Shown: in pieces, positions 21,493 to 31,765 of the stretch | How the letters are laid out: every line of letters begins with the position of its first letter | Position numbering within the stretch: the first letter of the stretch is position 1 | Assembly: GCA_963741955.1 (NCBI GenBank) | Contig: CAVUKB010000007.1 | Location: 768,001 to 832,000 of the forward strand | DNA from: an uncultured Acidobacteriota bacterium | Lineage (GTDB): Bacteria > Acidobacteriota > Thermoanaerobaculia > Gp7-AA8 | Direction of reading: 5' to 3' | DNA: 64,000 nucleotides | Notes under the pieces: generated by a model | Database searches by the model: none | Seen by the model: the letters and a program-made list of their open reading frames with translations, nothing else | Told to the model about the DNA's origin: nothing | Position numbers and translations under genes: made by a program

Positions 21493-23052
21493 ATGGCACA
21501 ACGACGCTCGAAGCCTCTCCGGACCGAACGGGACAGTCTCGGGGAAGTCCGGGTCCCGAAAAATGCCCTTTTCGGCGCCCAGACGCAGAGGGCGGTGGAG
21601 AATTTTCCGGTGAGCGGACTGCGCGAGCACCCGGTCCTGATCCGGGCGTACATCGTCCTGAAGAAGGCGGCGGCGCTTGCGAATCACGAATTGCGGGCGC
21701 TCGATCGGAAACGAGCCACTGCAATCTCCGACGCCTGCGATGCGATCCTCGGGGACGATCCGCTTCCCTTCGCGCGCGCTCTCTCTCGATCTCGCGCGAT
21801 GCAGAGGAAAGAAGGAAAGAAGGGAGGGCGGCAGAAGAGCGGCGAGCCGGAGGACGATCTCCGGTCGGTGCCGTACCGGATTCCCGCCGAGTGGATCGAT
21901 CCCGAATACCGGGACGAGTTCGTCGTCGACGTCTTTCAGGCCGGAGCGGGGACGTCGTTCAACATGAACTGCAACGAGGTGATCGCAAATCTTGCGAACC
22001 GGAGTCTCGGCGGAAAGCTCGGAGTCTGGGATCCGGTCCATCCGAACGATCACGTCAACATGGCGCAGTCGACGAACGACACGTTTCCCACCGCGACGCG
22101 TCTCGCCACGCTGCTTCTGCTTCGCGAGCTTTTCCCCGCGCTGGACATGCTCGCGTTCGCGTTCGACGCGAAAGGAGAGGAGCTCGCAGACGTGGTCAAG
22201 TCGGGGAGGACGCATCTGCAGGACGCCGTTCCGGTGACACTGGGTCAGGAGTTCGCGGCGTATGGAGCGGCGATCCACCGGGCCACCGACCTGCTGGAAG
22301 ACGCGGCCGACCAGTTGAGGCTTCTCGGGATCGGCGGAACCGCGACCGGCACCGGCATCAATACTCCGACCGGATACCGGCACGCCGTGGTCCGCTATCT
22401 GTCGCTCTTCACCGGATTCGATCTCGCGTCGAATCACGACCTTCGCGAGTCGATGCAGTCGCAGCTTCCTCTCGCCGCCGTCTCGGGAGCCCTCCGGAAT
22501 CTGGCGCTCGAGCTCACGCGAATCTCGAACGACCTGAGACTTCTCGCATCGGGACCGCTCACCGGGCTGGCTGAGATTCAGCTGCCGCCGGTGCAGCCAG
22601 GCTCGTCGATCATGCCCGGGAAGGTCAATCCCTCGATGGTCGAATGTCTCAACCAGATCTGCTTCCACGTGATCGGCGCCGACGCGGCAGTCGCGCACGC
22701 AGTCGGGGCGGGACAGCTCGAGCTGAACGTCATGATGCCGCTGATGGCCTTCGAGATTCTCTTCTCGATGGAGATCCTCGCGAATTTTCTCCCCATCTTC
22801 GTTCAGAAGTGCGTGTCCGGGATCACCGCGGACCGGAAACGCTCGGAGGAGTACTACATCACGTCGCCTTCGCTGGCGACGGCGCTCAACCCGATCATCG
22901 GATACGAAAAGGCCGCCACCATCGCCAAGGAATCGGCGAAACGCCACACCCCGATTCCGCAGTTGCTTCGAGAGAAGGGGCTTCTTTCGGAAGAGGAGAT
23001 CCGGCGCATTTTCACACCGGGCTTCCTCACCGGACAGGCCGAGAAAGAATGA
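21493..23052 (+). CDS. aspA: Aspartate ammonia-lyase (fumarase/aspartase family) with an internal insertion
   Basis: QTQRAVENF, GAGTSFNMN, QSTND, GRTHLQDAVP, QPGSSIMPGKVNP. Confidence 0.85.
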   Translation: MAQRRSKPLRTERDSLGEVRVPKNALFGAQTQRAVENFPVSGLREHPVLIRAYIVLKKAAALANHELRALDRKRATAISDACDAILGDDPLPFARALSRSRAMQRKEGKKGGRQKSGEPEDDLRSVPYRIPAEWIDPEYRDEFVVDVFQAGAGTSFNMNCNEVIANLANRSLGGKLGVWDPVHPNDHVNMAQSTNDTFPTATRLATLLLLRELFPALDMLAFAFDAKGEELADVVKSGRTHLQDAVPVTLGQEFAAYGAAIHRATDLLEDAADQLRLLGIGGTATGTGINTPTGYRHAVVRYLSLFTGFDLASNHDLRESMQSQLPLAAVSGALRNLALELTRISNDLRLLASGPLTGLAEIQLPPVQPGSSIMPGKVNPSMVECLNQICFHVIGADAAVAHAVGAGQLELNVMMPLMAFEILFSMEILANFLPIFVQKCVSGITADRKRSEEYYITSPSLATALNPIIGYEKAATIAKESAKRHTPIPQLLREKGLLSEEEIRRIFTPGFLTGQAEKE

Positions 23053-23293
23053 GAGGAGAGGCGGAGCTCCCGGATGAAACACACTCGCCGAGGGGCGCGG
23101 ATGCTCTCATCCGCCGCGCAAATCGTGTTCGGAGCGGTTCGAGACGATTCCTGTGGCAGAAGCGGAGGCTCCGTATCAGACAGACGCTTCGCGCTCAGTC
23201 ACAGCCTCCGTCTTCATCCCGTACGACACGATCATCGCGGCGGATCGGAGGATCCGCACCCCAAATGAGAACCGGTAACGACCGGGTGACGCG

Positions 23294-23866
23294 ATGACGG
23301 ATTCCGCGGCGCTCCGGCTGTTCGTGGCGACGAAGCTTCCCGACGCGCTCGGTGACGCGATCGAGGGGATCGCAAAGCCGCTGCGCAACCGGCTGCCGCG
23401 CGGCTCGTGGCTCCGGCCGCATTCCGTACACCTGACCCTCGCGTTTCTCGGCGATCAGCCGGGATCGATCGTCGCTCCGCTCGGCTCGTCGCTCTCCTCG
23501 TCGGTCGCCGCGGTCGACGCGTTCGAGGCGAACGTCTCGGGTTCGGGGTTCTTTCCCGATGCACGACGACCCAGAGTCGGATGGCTGGGCCTGACGCCGG
23601 AGGAGCGATTCCGCGAGCTCGCGCATGCGGTGAGGGAGACTCTCGAGAGGGAGGGAGTCGACTACGACCGGAAGCCGTTCACTCCGCACCTGACGGTGGT
23701 GCGGGCTCGGGAGAGATGGAGCCGCTCGGATGCGGAAACGTTCGAGCGCGCTTTCTCAGAGCTCCGGACGCCGCCGTTCCGGCTACCCGAAGTGATCCTC
23801 TTCTCGAGCGAGCTGCGCCCGGAGGGAGCAGTGCACACGGCCCGCGCGACGGCGCGGCTCGGATGA
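23294..23866 (+). CDS. thpR: RNA 2',3'-cyclic phosphodiesterase
   Basis: RLFVA, HLTLAFLG and FTPHLT 2H motifs. Confidence 0.92.
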   Translation: MTDSAALRLFVATKLPDALGDAIEGIAKPLRNRLPRGSWLRPHSVHLTLAFLGDQPGSIVAPLGSSLSSSVAAVDAFEANVSGSGFFPDARRPRVGWLGLTPEERFRELAHAVRETLEREGVDYDRKPFTPHLTVVRARERWSRSDAETFERAFSELRTPPFRLPEVILFSSELRPEGAVHTARATARLG

Positions 23867-25159
23867 TCAGTCGACCAGGGTGATGCCACCGGTGGGAGGC
23901 GTACTGCTCGGGTTGAGGTACTCGCCCTTCAGGTGGGAGAGGAAGAGATCGGTGTCGGGGCGACCTTCCGGACCGAAGCCGATCACCAGATAGCGGTCGG
24001 GTCTCTGGAGGTACTTGTAAGTATTCCCCCAGGGATCCTCGAGCATGCGGGCCGTGGTGTAGTACGGGACGAGCTGCTGGAGCTGGATCGGTGCCGTCCC
24101 TCCATGGGTGAGGGTGTAGGCTTCGATGGCCTGACGCACCGACTCGAGCCGCTGCATGGAGATGGCCTTCTGCGTTTCGACGATCGCGCTGCTCCTGCGC
24201 TGGAAGGGCTGGAGGTGATTCAGCGGGTTGAGGAACGAGGTGACCAGTGAGCCGAGCGCGATCAGAGCGAGGAGAACGATCAGAGGAAGGGGGAGGACTT
24301 CCGGAATCTCGGTCGGTGCGGTCTGGTCGACGGGCATCTCGACGACCGGAGTTGCCTTCGTCCGCACTTCCTCGATCAGATCGCGGGTGAGCAGCTCGTA
24401 GAGGCCCTTGCAGGTGTCGAATTCCGACTGGCGGCTGCCGTCGACGATCTCCCCGACGGTGAGCGTCCCGTCCACCAGATCATAGATCGCCTTCTCCTGG
24501 GCGGTGATACGGATCTTCTCCGGCGAGAGGACGGAAGTCTTCTTCGCCTTGCGGGAGGAAGTCTCGTCGAAATCGAAATCGTCCGCATCATCGTCGGCGA
24601 CGACCGTGATCTCCTGGTCGATCAGCTTCTTCCGGAACATCATGTCGAACGAGCGGACCCTCTTTTCGATGATTGGCCACTCGTCGATCATCCGCGCGCC
24701 TTCCATCAGGATGGATTCGGCCGTGATCGGTACGACCACGTCGCGGTCGTACTCGATGGTGGTCTCCTGCGAGAAGTGGTACTCGCCGTCCTTCCATCGG
24801 AACAACCGGTAGATGATCTGGAGAATCTGGAGGTGAAGCGCTTCTCGAAGGTTGTCCTGAGAGATGATCCCGTAGTGGGTGAGGATGAATCCGAGTCGTT
24901 GGAGGGTCTCTTTCTGGATCTCGAGGGCGCGAGAGAGCTGCTCTTCGGTGAGCATCGCGGTCTTGAGCAGAACCCGGCCGAGACGGTTCTCGAGACGCTT
25001 GTTCAGCGAATCTGCGGCGACGACTCTTCCTTCGAGGAAGGTCACCGTGACGGTGTCCTCCTTTCCGCGGAGAGTGAGGACTCCCGTCTTCCGCTGCAAT
25101 CCGATCAGCTGGAAGATGTCCGCGAGACTGAAGTCCTTGAGTGTGCCTTCGAGAGCCAT
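23867..25159 (-). CDS. DUF4388 (PATAN-like) domain protein with TM helix and GspG-like C-terminal domain
   Basis: MALEGTLKDFSLADIFQLI...KTGVL; RLG..L MshEN-like repeats; TM helix; DPWGNTYKY...GFGPEG. Confidence 0.75.
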   Translation of the reverse strand: MALEGTLKDFSLADIFQLIGLQRKTGVLTLRGKEDTVTVTFLEGRVVAADSLNKRLENRLGRVLLKTAMLTEEQLSRALEIQKETLQRLGFILTHYGIISQDNLREALHLQILQIIYRLFRWKDGEYHFSQETTIEYDRDVVVPITAESILMEGARMIDEWPIIEKRVRSFDMMFRKKLIDQEITVVADDDADDFDFDETSSRKAKKTSVLSPEKIRITAQEKAIYDLVDGTLTVGEIVDGSRQSEFDTCKGLYELLTRDLIEEVRTKATPVVEMPVDQTAPTEIPEVLPLPLIVLLALIALGSLVTSFLNPLNHLQPFQRRSSAIVETQKAISMQRLESVRQAIEAYTLTHGGTAPIQLQQLVPYYTTARMLEDPWGNTYKYLQRPDRYLVIGFGPEGRPDTDLFLSHLKGEYLNPSSTPPTGGITLVD

Positions 25160-25165
25160 GTGTCC

Positions 25166-27040
25166 TCAGACGATCTTCTGCTTGTAAACCGGAACCGATA
25201 CCGCGATCCACGTCGCGATGGCGAGCACGATGGTGACGACGCGGACGATGTTCTTCATCAGAGTCGACGGCGCTCCGACCGGAGCGAGATCCCCGATCAG
25301 GATTGCAGCCGCGACGAACGCCAGAAATGCAATCAGCGCGATCAACCCTTTGAGCGTCGAGCCGTCGACGATCTGAGCGGTGCCCGGGAGGAATGTCGCC
25401 AGCAACTTTTTCACCCTCAGCACGCGCGACTGATACTGCTGGACCTCGGTTACCTTGTTCCGCTTGGTCGCCACCGCCACGCCGTCGCGCTTCAGATAGA
25501 TGTGAATGCACTGTGTACAGTAGGTCGCACTCTCCCGCGACGATTTGCATCGGTGGCAGAAGGTACGGCCGCATTTGATGCAGATGCCGGCGAGTCCGTT
25601 GCGCTTTCGCAACGAGGCGAGACCGAATGCGAGGGCAATGGAAAGAAGCGCCCCGATGGAAAGCGCATTGAGCAGACCCGGCAGAGGGGAAAACGCGGCA
25701 TAACTGCCGAACGTCTCACGGCCCCGGCCCGACCCGGAGATCTGGTTGTCGAGGCTCCAGGCGGCGGACATCGGGAGATCGTAGCGCACGATCTTCTGCT
25801 GGGGACGATTCGCGAGGAGCCGTTCGATCATCGAGCCGCCGTACTTACGCGCGAGCTCGACCTGCTGACCCTGTTCGTCGAAGTGGTAGAGCTCTCCGCT
25901 CGCCACCGAGTGGTTGTAGTACGCGATCGCGAGATCGGGCTGGGTCTGTTCCGCGATCTTGTATTCGTTCACCGCCGCAGGAATGTCGCTGTTCAGGAAG
26001 TGGATGTTGCCGATGTTCAGGTGTGCTCCGGCGAGCTTCTGATCGAGCTGCGCAGCCTGATTCAGTCGAAGCAGCGCCGCACTGTCGTTCCCCTGCAGGA
26101 ACTCCAGATTCCCGAGCAGCAGCTGGAGGCGCCCGTTGTCGGGGACCGCCTGGGCGAGATCGCGAAGCCGGGCGATCACTTCCGGATCGTAGCTCCGTTC
26201 GATCGAATCGGCCGCACCGCGGACGATCGGGCTGTCCGCCCCGGCGATCAGATACGACGTCCAGTCGAGTCCGACCGGAATGAGGGCGAGAGCGACCAGC
26301 ATCGTCGCGATGGCCGCCTTTTCCCGCACTGTCGCGTATGCGAAGAAGACCACGAACCAGTAGAGGATCAGCCAGATCGGGCCGAGCCAGAGGAAGAGCG
26401 GGAGGAAGAGCACCGCGAAAGCCAGAACCGTCGTCGTTCCGGCGCCGAATCGCTCACTCAGTCGCTCCCTCAGGTCGTGCGCCGCCACGCGCGAGTAGCG
26501 GGCGAAGAGTGCGATCGCGAAGACGATTGCGGAGATCCCGATGGCCACCCAGAACACCACCAGCAGATTCGCGAAAACCAGCGTACGGGAGGTGTAGTTT
26601 CCCACTGCATAGGCAATCCCGCGTGCGAGATGCCGGGCGGTCCCGGCCGGATCGCTCTTCTCGAGTGCAAGCTCCGCGGCAGTGAACTGAACGTCGGCCG
26701 ATCGCGGGTCGAGCTTTTCCGCCGCGGCAATGGACCATTTTGCCAGTTCCGGTTTTCCCAGCTGAGAAGCCTCGCGTGCGTACGAAGCCGCGGCCCGGGC
26801 ATACAGCGGGAACCGTTGCACCCCGAGCTGACGTGCAGTGTCGAGCAGGTCGTTCAGATTCCGGCTCGCGAGGTCCGTATCGCCCTTCTCGACGGCAGTC
26901 ATCGACTGCATCCAGAGATCTCGTGGGGCCACTGATGGTCGCGCCATGAGCGGGACGGCTCCCATCGCCGCCACGAGAATCACCACTGCGCCCAGCCGGA
27001 GCTGGAACTTAGATGGTCTTGCTGCGCTGGACGTACGCAA
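25166..27040 (-). CDS. TPR-containing multi-pass membrane protein with Cys-rich zinc finger
   Basis: TPR-like helices (AHLNIG, AYYN), TM blocks, CIKC-x4-CHRC-x8-CTQC; start codon uncertain. Confidence 0.7.
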   Translation of the reverse strand: MRTSSAARPSKFQLRLGAVVILVAAMGAVPLMARPSVAPRDLWMQSMTAVEKGDTDLASRNLNDLLDTARQLGVQRFPLYARAAASYAREASQLGKPELAKWSIAAAEKLDPRSADVQFTAAELALEKSDPAGTARHLARGIAYAVGNYTSRTLVFANLLVVFWVAIGISAIVFAIALFARYSRVAAHDLRERLSERFGAGTTTVLAFAVLFLPLFLWLGPIWLILYWFVVFFAYATVREKAAIATMLVALALIPVGLDWTSYLIAGADSPIVRGAADSIERSYDPEVIARLRDLAQAVPDNGRLQLLLGNLEFLQGNDSAALLRLNQAAQLDQKLAGAHLNIGNIHFLNSDIPAAVNEYKIAEQTQPDLAIAYYNHSVASGELYHFDEQGQQVELARKYGGSMIERLLANRPQQKIVRYDLPMSAAWSLDNQISGSGRGRETFGSYAAFSPLPGLLNALSIGALLSIALAFGLASLRKRNGLAGICIKCGRTFCHRCKSSRESATYCTQCIHIYLKRDGVAVATKRNKVTEVQQYQSRVLRVKKLLATFLPGTAQIVDGSTLKGLIALIAFLAFVAAAILIGDLAPVGAPSTLMKNIVRVVTIVLAIATWIAVSVPVYKQKIV

Positions 27041-27467
27041 GCTTCAGCTCCCCCCGGTGAAGTTCGAGGAACTCCTGCTCCTCTTGCGTCAGATTGCCGC
27101 GGGTCTTCTCCCCCAGCATGTCGATGATGTCGATCATCTGCTTCGCTGCTCGCACGTCCACCTGTACTTCGGGCTGATACGGATTGCGAAGCATGCCCAG
27201 ACTCATGTACCCGTTCACGATCAGACTTTCGACGAAGTTCGTGAACGGTGTGCCGGGATTCGCCCCCTGCTCTTCGATGCTCCGCTTCTTCTTCGGCGGC
27301 TCCTGCGGGGGAGGCTCGGGCGCCGCTTTCTTCTCTTCGCTCGGCGCTGCCGCCGGGCCGTTCGAAGGCTTCACCTCGTCGCGGTACTCTTCCCGGATCT
27401 CGCCCTCCGAGGTGAAGATCCGCTTGTCCGTGACTTTCAGCGAAGACTCTTTCTTATCGTCGGGCAC
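27009..27467 (-). CDS. DUF1844 domain protein
   Basis: KVTDKR N-terminus; AKQMIDIIDMLGEKTRGNLT..E motif. Confidence 0.88.
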   Translation of the reverse strand: MPDDKKESSLKVTDKRIFTSEGEIREEYRDEVKPSNGPAAAPSEEKKAAPEPPPQEPPKKKRSIEEQGANPGTPFTNFVESLIVNGYMSLGMLRNPYQPEVQVDVRAAKQMIDIIDMLGEKTRGNLTQEEQEFLELHRGELKLAYVQRSKTI

Positions 27468-27606
27468 GACGACTCCCTCCCGCTCTCGAATTCTGCGCAG
27501 ACTCACTTACAGATTGCAGGGACCGAACGATCCGGAACTAATCCGGGTACTCTCAATAACTTAGTTCGCATCTTATCACCGGCATTCCACCCCCGCAAAC
27601 CACGTT

Positions 27607-28377
27607 TCAGCCGCCGAGAGTGCGCTCGAGAAAGCGGTCGATCCGCTCCCAGGCGTCCTTCGCGTCGTCGGCTCGGAATCCTCCCTGGTTGCTCGGGTTC
27701 ATGAACGCGTGACCTGCTCCATCGTAAATCCGGATGTCGTGAGGGATCAGCTCTTTTTCGAGTGTGCGATGAAACTGCTCGACGTCCGCGGGGGTGATCC
27801 CGCGATCCTTTGCGCCGAAGTTTCCCATCAGAGGCATCTTCAGCTTTTCGATGGTTGAAGGATCCGTGATCAGGCGGCCGTAGTTGACCACCACTGCCGC
27901 GAGCTTCGGCTCAGAGACCGCGAAGGAGAGCGCGTATCCTCCCCCCATACACCAGCCGATCACGCCGATCCGCTTCGGATCGACGTCGGGTCGTTTCGCG
28001 AGGTACTCGAAAGCGGCGGTCAGGTCGGCGTTCGCCCGATCTTCCGGGAGACCTCTCATCAGCTCGTGCGCCTCGGCGGGGTCGCTGGTGCTCTTCCCCC
28101 GGTACAGGTCGACCGCGAGCGCAACGTAGCCGTTGCGTGCAAAGCGATCGGCATCGTCACGGATCCAGTCGGTGAGCCCCCACCACTCGTGGATCACGAT
28201 GATTGCGGGATGGATCCCCGCCCCTTCGGGCAGCGCGAGATAGGCCGTCGCTTTCCCGGGGCTGGAGTCGAACGACACCGTCGATCCGCGGTGGGCTTCG
28301 GGAGTGGCGGCGTGGAGGTGAATCGCCAAAGCGGCGAAGAGTACTGCGATGACCACTCCTCTGACCCTCACTCTCAT
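27607..28377 (-). CDS. Dienelactone hydrolase family protein (secreted)
   Basis: IHEWWGL, GWCMGG nucleophile elbow, AGHAFMN; signal peptide. Confidence 0.92.
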   Translation of the reverse strand: MRVRVRGVVIAVLFAALAIHLHAATPEAHRGSTVSFDSSPGKATAYLALPEGAGIHPAIIVIHEWWGLTDWIRDDADRFARNGYVALAVDLYRGKSTSDPAEAHELMRGLPEDRANADLTAAFEYLAKRPDVDPKRIGVIGWCMGGGYALSFAVSEPKLAAVVVNYGRLITDPSTIEKLKMPLMGNFGAKDRGITPADVEQFHRTLEKELIPHDIRIYDGAGHAFMNPSNQGGFRADDAKDAWERIDRFLERTLGG

Positions 28378-28531
28378 TCCTCTCCTCCCGGCGCGACTTC
28401 TCGGAGACCCAAAGATACTGCAAATGCGCGCGTTCTGGTACTGCCGCCTTTCCGGAGAAATCCGGGCCGGCCGGTTACCGGAGATTCGCCGGAGGGTTCG
28501 ACCGGGACGGACGACGAGTCTCTCCGGCATA

Positions 28532-29668
28532 ATGCCGGCGATGCGAATTTTTCAGATCCTCGAGAAGAACCGCTTCAACACCGGATCGGTTCATCAGATG
28601 TTCCAGGCTGCGAGCGCTCTTCGCGAGCGGGGGCACGAGGTCTGGGTGGTGAGCCGGCCGGGAGAAGAGCTCGAGCGACGGGCACGCGAGGCCGGTCTCG
28701 GGTTTGCGGGCTTCCCATTCCGCAACGAGCTCGATCTGAAGACGATCCGCGGAGTCGCGCATCTGGTGGGGGAGCAGGGGCCCGACGTGATCCACGTGCA
28801 CAAAGGGCTCTCCCACACCCTCGCTCTCGTCGCGACGTGGAGGGATCGGGTGCCGGCCTTCGTCGTCAACCGCGGAGTCTCCTTTCCGCTCCGTCCATGG
28901 AACCGGCTGAAGTACACCACCCGCCGGGTCGACCGCGTCGTGACGGTCTGCGAAGACATACGCCAGGTGATCATCCGCAGCGGGAGGGTCGATCCGGCGA
29001 AGGTCGTCGTGATCTACGCCGGAGTCGATCTGGACGTCTTCGATCCCCGGCGATGGAGCGGTGAGGAGTTCCGCGTCGAGAAGGGGATCGACACGGACCG
29101 GTTTCTCTTCATGCAGGTCGGAGTTCGCGAGTGGAAGGGATGGCGTGAGCTGGTCGACGCCTTCTCGGATCTCGCCTCCGAATATCCCGCGGCAGCCCTC
29201 GCGCTCGTCGCCTGCAAGGATCCGCAGCAGGAACGGGAAGTTCGTGACTATGCCACCACGGCGGGAGTGGGCGACCGGGTTCACCCGGTCGAGTACCGAT
29301 CCGACATGGCGCGCGTCCTTTCCGCCGCGGACTGCGTGATCGATGCCTCGTGGGCGGGAACCGGAATCACCGGAACCATCCGTGAGGCGATGGCGCTCGG
29401 GAAACCGGTGATCGCGACTGACTGCGGAGGAAACCGCGAGCTTCTCTCGACTCCGGACGTCGGATGGCTGGTCCCCGCAAAGGAGCGCAGCCGCCTGGCT
29501 GGCGCGATGCGGGAGATCGCGGGAGATCGTGAGAGGCGAGAGGCCGTCGGGCGGGGAGCGATGGCGCACGTGCGGGCCGGATTTTCGAAGGAGCACCGCA
29601 TCGACTCACTCGAGCGGCTCTACCGCGAGATCGTGGAATCCAGTCCGGCAGGAGTCCGTCGCGAATAA
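28532..29668 (+). CDS. Glycosyltransferase family 4
   Basis: GHEV, PDVIHVH, EAMALGKPVIATDCGG. Confidence 0.9.
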   Translation: MPAMRIFQILEKNRFNTGSVHQMFQAASALRERGHEVWVVSRPGEELERRAREAGLGFAGFPFRNELDLKTIRGVAHLVGEQGPDVIHVHKGLSHTLALVATWRDRVPAFVVNRGVSFPLRPWNRLKYTTRRVDRVVTVCEDIRQVIIRSGRVDPAKVVVIYAGVDLDVFDPRRWSGEEFRVEKGIDTDRFLFMQVGVREWKGWRELVDAFSDLASEYPAAALALVACKDPQQEREVRDYATTAGVGDRVHPVEYRSDMARVLSAADCVIDASWAGTGITGTIREAMALGKPVIATDCGGNRELLSTPDVGWLVPAKERSRLAGAMREIAGDRERREAVGRGAMAHVRAGFSKEHRIDSLERLYREIVESSPAGVRRE

Positions 29669-29706
29669 TCCATCCACCGTCCGGTTGTTCATCCTTGTCG
29701 ACTCGC

Positions 29707-30648
29707 ATGCGGATCTACACCAACTCGGTCTTCTACCGTCACGACACCGGGCCCGGTCATCCGGAGACCGCCACCCGTCTCGATGCGGCATTCGAAGGAG
29801 TGCGCCGTGCCGGAATGCTGCGTGAGATCGTCCGCGACGCGCCCGAGCATCCGGACACGAACCGGATCATCACCCGAGTGCACATCCCGCACTACGTCGA
29901 GCAGTTCGCGGCGACCGCCGGGGGAGGGGCGCGACTCTTCCAGTCCCTCGACAACCCGATCTCTTCCGACTCGTACCGCGCGGCGCGGCTCGCCGTCGCC
30001 ACCGCCCTCGATGCGGCCGACGACGTCTGGATCCGGCAGCGGACGCGGCGCGCGTTCGTCGTCGCCCGCCCTCCCGGCCATCACGCCGAACGGGCCGAAG
30101 CTCTCGGATTCTGCTTTTTCAACACCATCGCATGCGTCGCGGAGTTCCTTCGTGAAGTCGCCGCGGTGGAGAGGGTCCTCATCTTCGACTGGGACGTCCA
30201 CCACGGCAACGGGACCCAGCACATCTTCGAAGAGCGGGACGACGTGTTCTACGTCTCAACCCATCAGTACCCTTTCTATCCGGGGACCGGAGCAGCCGAG
30301 GAGATCGGAACCGGAATGGGCCGCGGTATGACCCGTAACTTCCCCCTCCCTGCCGGGTCGGGCGATGCCGCCTACCTCCGCGTGGTCGAGGAACAGGTCA
30401 TTCCACTCGTCGACGAGTACTGTCCGGGAGCGATTCTGATCTCCGCCGGGTTCGACGCGCACCGGCGGGATCCTCTCGCCGACATGCAGGTGACCGAACG
30501 CGCATTCGGAGAGATCTCCCGGAGGATGATCGAAGCGGCGGATCGTCACTGCGGCGGCCGCATCCTCTCTCTTCTGGAGGGGGGCTACGATCCGGAAGGT
30601 CTCGCGGCGAGCGTGATGGAGCACCTGGCCGCAGGCGGTCAATCATGA
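29707..30648 (+). CDS. Histone deacetylase family protein
   Basis: HPE, RPPGHHA, GFC, DWDVHHGNGTQ, SAGFDAH, LEGGY. Confidence 0.95.
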   Translation: MRIYTNSVFYRHDTGPGHPETATRLDAAFEGVRRAGMLREIVRDAPEHPDTNRIITRVHIPHYVEQFAATAGGGARLFQSLDNPISSDSYRAARLAVATALDAADDVWIRQRTRRAFVVARPPGHHAERAEALGFCFFNTIACVAEFLREVAAVERVLIFDWDVHHGNGTQHIFEERDDVFYVSTHQYPFYPGTGAAEEIGTGMGRGMTRNFPLPAGSGDAAYLRVVEEQVIPLVDEYCPGAILISAGFDAHRRDPLADMQVTERAFGEISRRMIEAADRHCGGRILSLLEGGYDPEGLAASVMEHLAAGGQS

Positions 30649-31673
30649 ACGGCAGAACGCGCCGCCGGCTCCAGGTTCTGCTGATGGTCGTCCTCACCGC
30701 GGGCCTCCTGTATTTGTTTCTCCGCAACAGCGACCCGTCCTCGGTCTGGCGTGCGATCGATGACACGAACCTCTTCTGGCTCGCGGTCGCGCTGGTCACG
30801 AACTTTCTGGCGCTGCTTTTCCGCGCGCAACGATGGCGCACCATCATCTCTCCGGACCATCCGCCCCGCTTCTATCCCACGTTCTTCGCCACCGCGCTCG
30901 GATTCATGTCCTCGGCTCTCCTCCCGATCCGGGCGGGCGATGTGGTTCGCCCCGCGCTTCTGAGCCGCCGCACCGACATCCGTTTCTCCACAGCGTTCGG
31001 TACCGTAGTGACCGAGCGCGTCCTCGACCTCTTCGCGATTCTGGTGATCGTTCTCTCGTTCGTGCTACTCGCGCTGCGCAGTCCGGGCAGCGTGATGCCG
31101 GGAATGGCTCCGATCCTCCGGAGCGCCGGCCTCGTCGCACTGGCGATCTTCGTGGTGATGCTCGGATTCGTCGTCTCGGTCTACTTTTTCAGTGATTCCG
31201 TCCGCCGTATGCACGAGTGGCTCGGACGATTCGTCCCGCGCCGCTTCCATGATTCATGGATGCGCTTCTTCGACTCCTTCACCGGAAGCCTTCGGGTGGT
31301 GAACGACGGACGGGCATTCCTGATGATTCTCGCCTGCACCGTGCTGATCTGGACCTCCCTCACCGCCGAGTTCTATTTTCTGATGCTGGCGATGCACCAC
31401 CCTCTCCCGTACCGCGCGAGTTTTCTGGTGACCGGGGTCAGCATTCTGGGGCTGATGCTCCCGACACCGGGGGGCGTGGGTGGATTCCACAAGGCTTGTC
31501 AGATCGCCCTCGTCCAGTTCTACGGATTCGACGTCAGCACCTCGGTCGCGGTCGCACTCCTCCTCCATCTTGTCGGCACCGCCCCGGTTCTGCTCACCGG
31601 CGCCGCGCTCGCAATCCGGGAAGGATTGACCCTCGGGCAGATCTCGCGCATTGGCGAAAACTTCGAACAGTGA
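30645..31673 (+). CDS. Lysylphosphatidylglycerol synthase TM/flippase-like protein (UPF0104)
   Basis: RAQRW, LPIRAGDVVR, ERVLD, PTPGGVG motifs. Confidence 0.88.
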   Translation: MNGRTRRRLQVLLMVVLTAGLLYLFLRNSDPSSVWRAIDDTNLFWLAVALVTNFLALLFRAQRWRTIISPDHPPRFYPTFFATALGFMSSALLPIRAGDVVRPALLSRRTDIRFSTAFGTVVTERVLDLFAILVIVLSFVLLALRSPGSVMPGMAPILRSAGLVALAIFVVMLGFVVSVYFFSDSVRRMHEWLGRFVPRRFHDSWMRFFDSFTGSLRVVNDGRAFLMILACTVLIWTSLTAEFYFLMLAMHHPLPYRASFLVTGVSILGLMLPTPGGVGGFHKACQIALVQFYGFDVSTSVAVALLLHLVGTAPVLLTGAALAIREGLTLGQISRIGENFEQ

Positions 31674-31765
31674 TAAATAGCGCTGCATGAGGCGGCCGGA
31701 TGATCCACTCAGGGCGTCGAGCGGATCTCGATGGCCCGGGAGAGCGGCCGCGGCAGGACGGGCCG

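Noticed and set aside
21754-21903. Intein in aspA
   Set aside because: Too short, and lacks Cys/Ser start and His-Asn end
23053-23293. Small ORF 23074..23268 between aspA and thpR
   Set aside because: No recognisable motif or composition support
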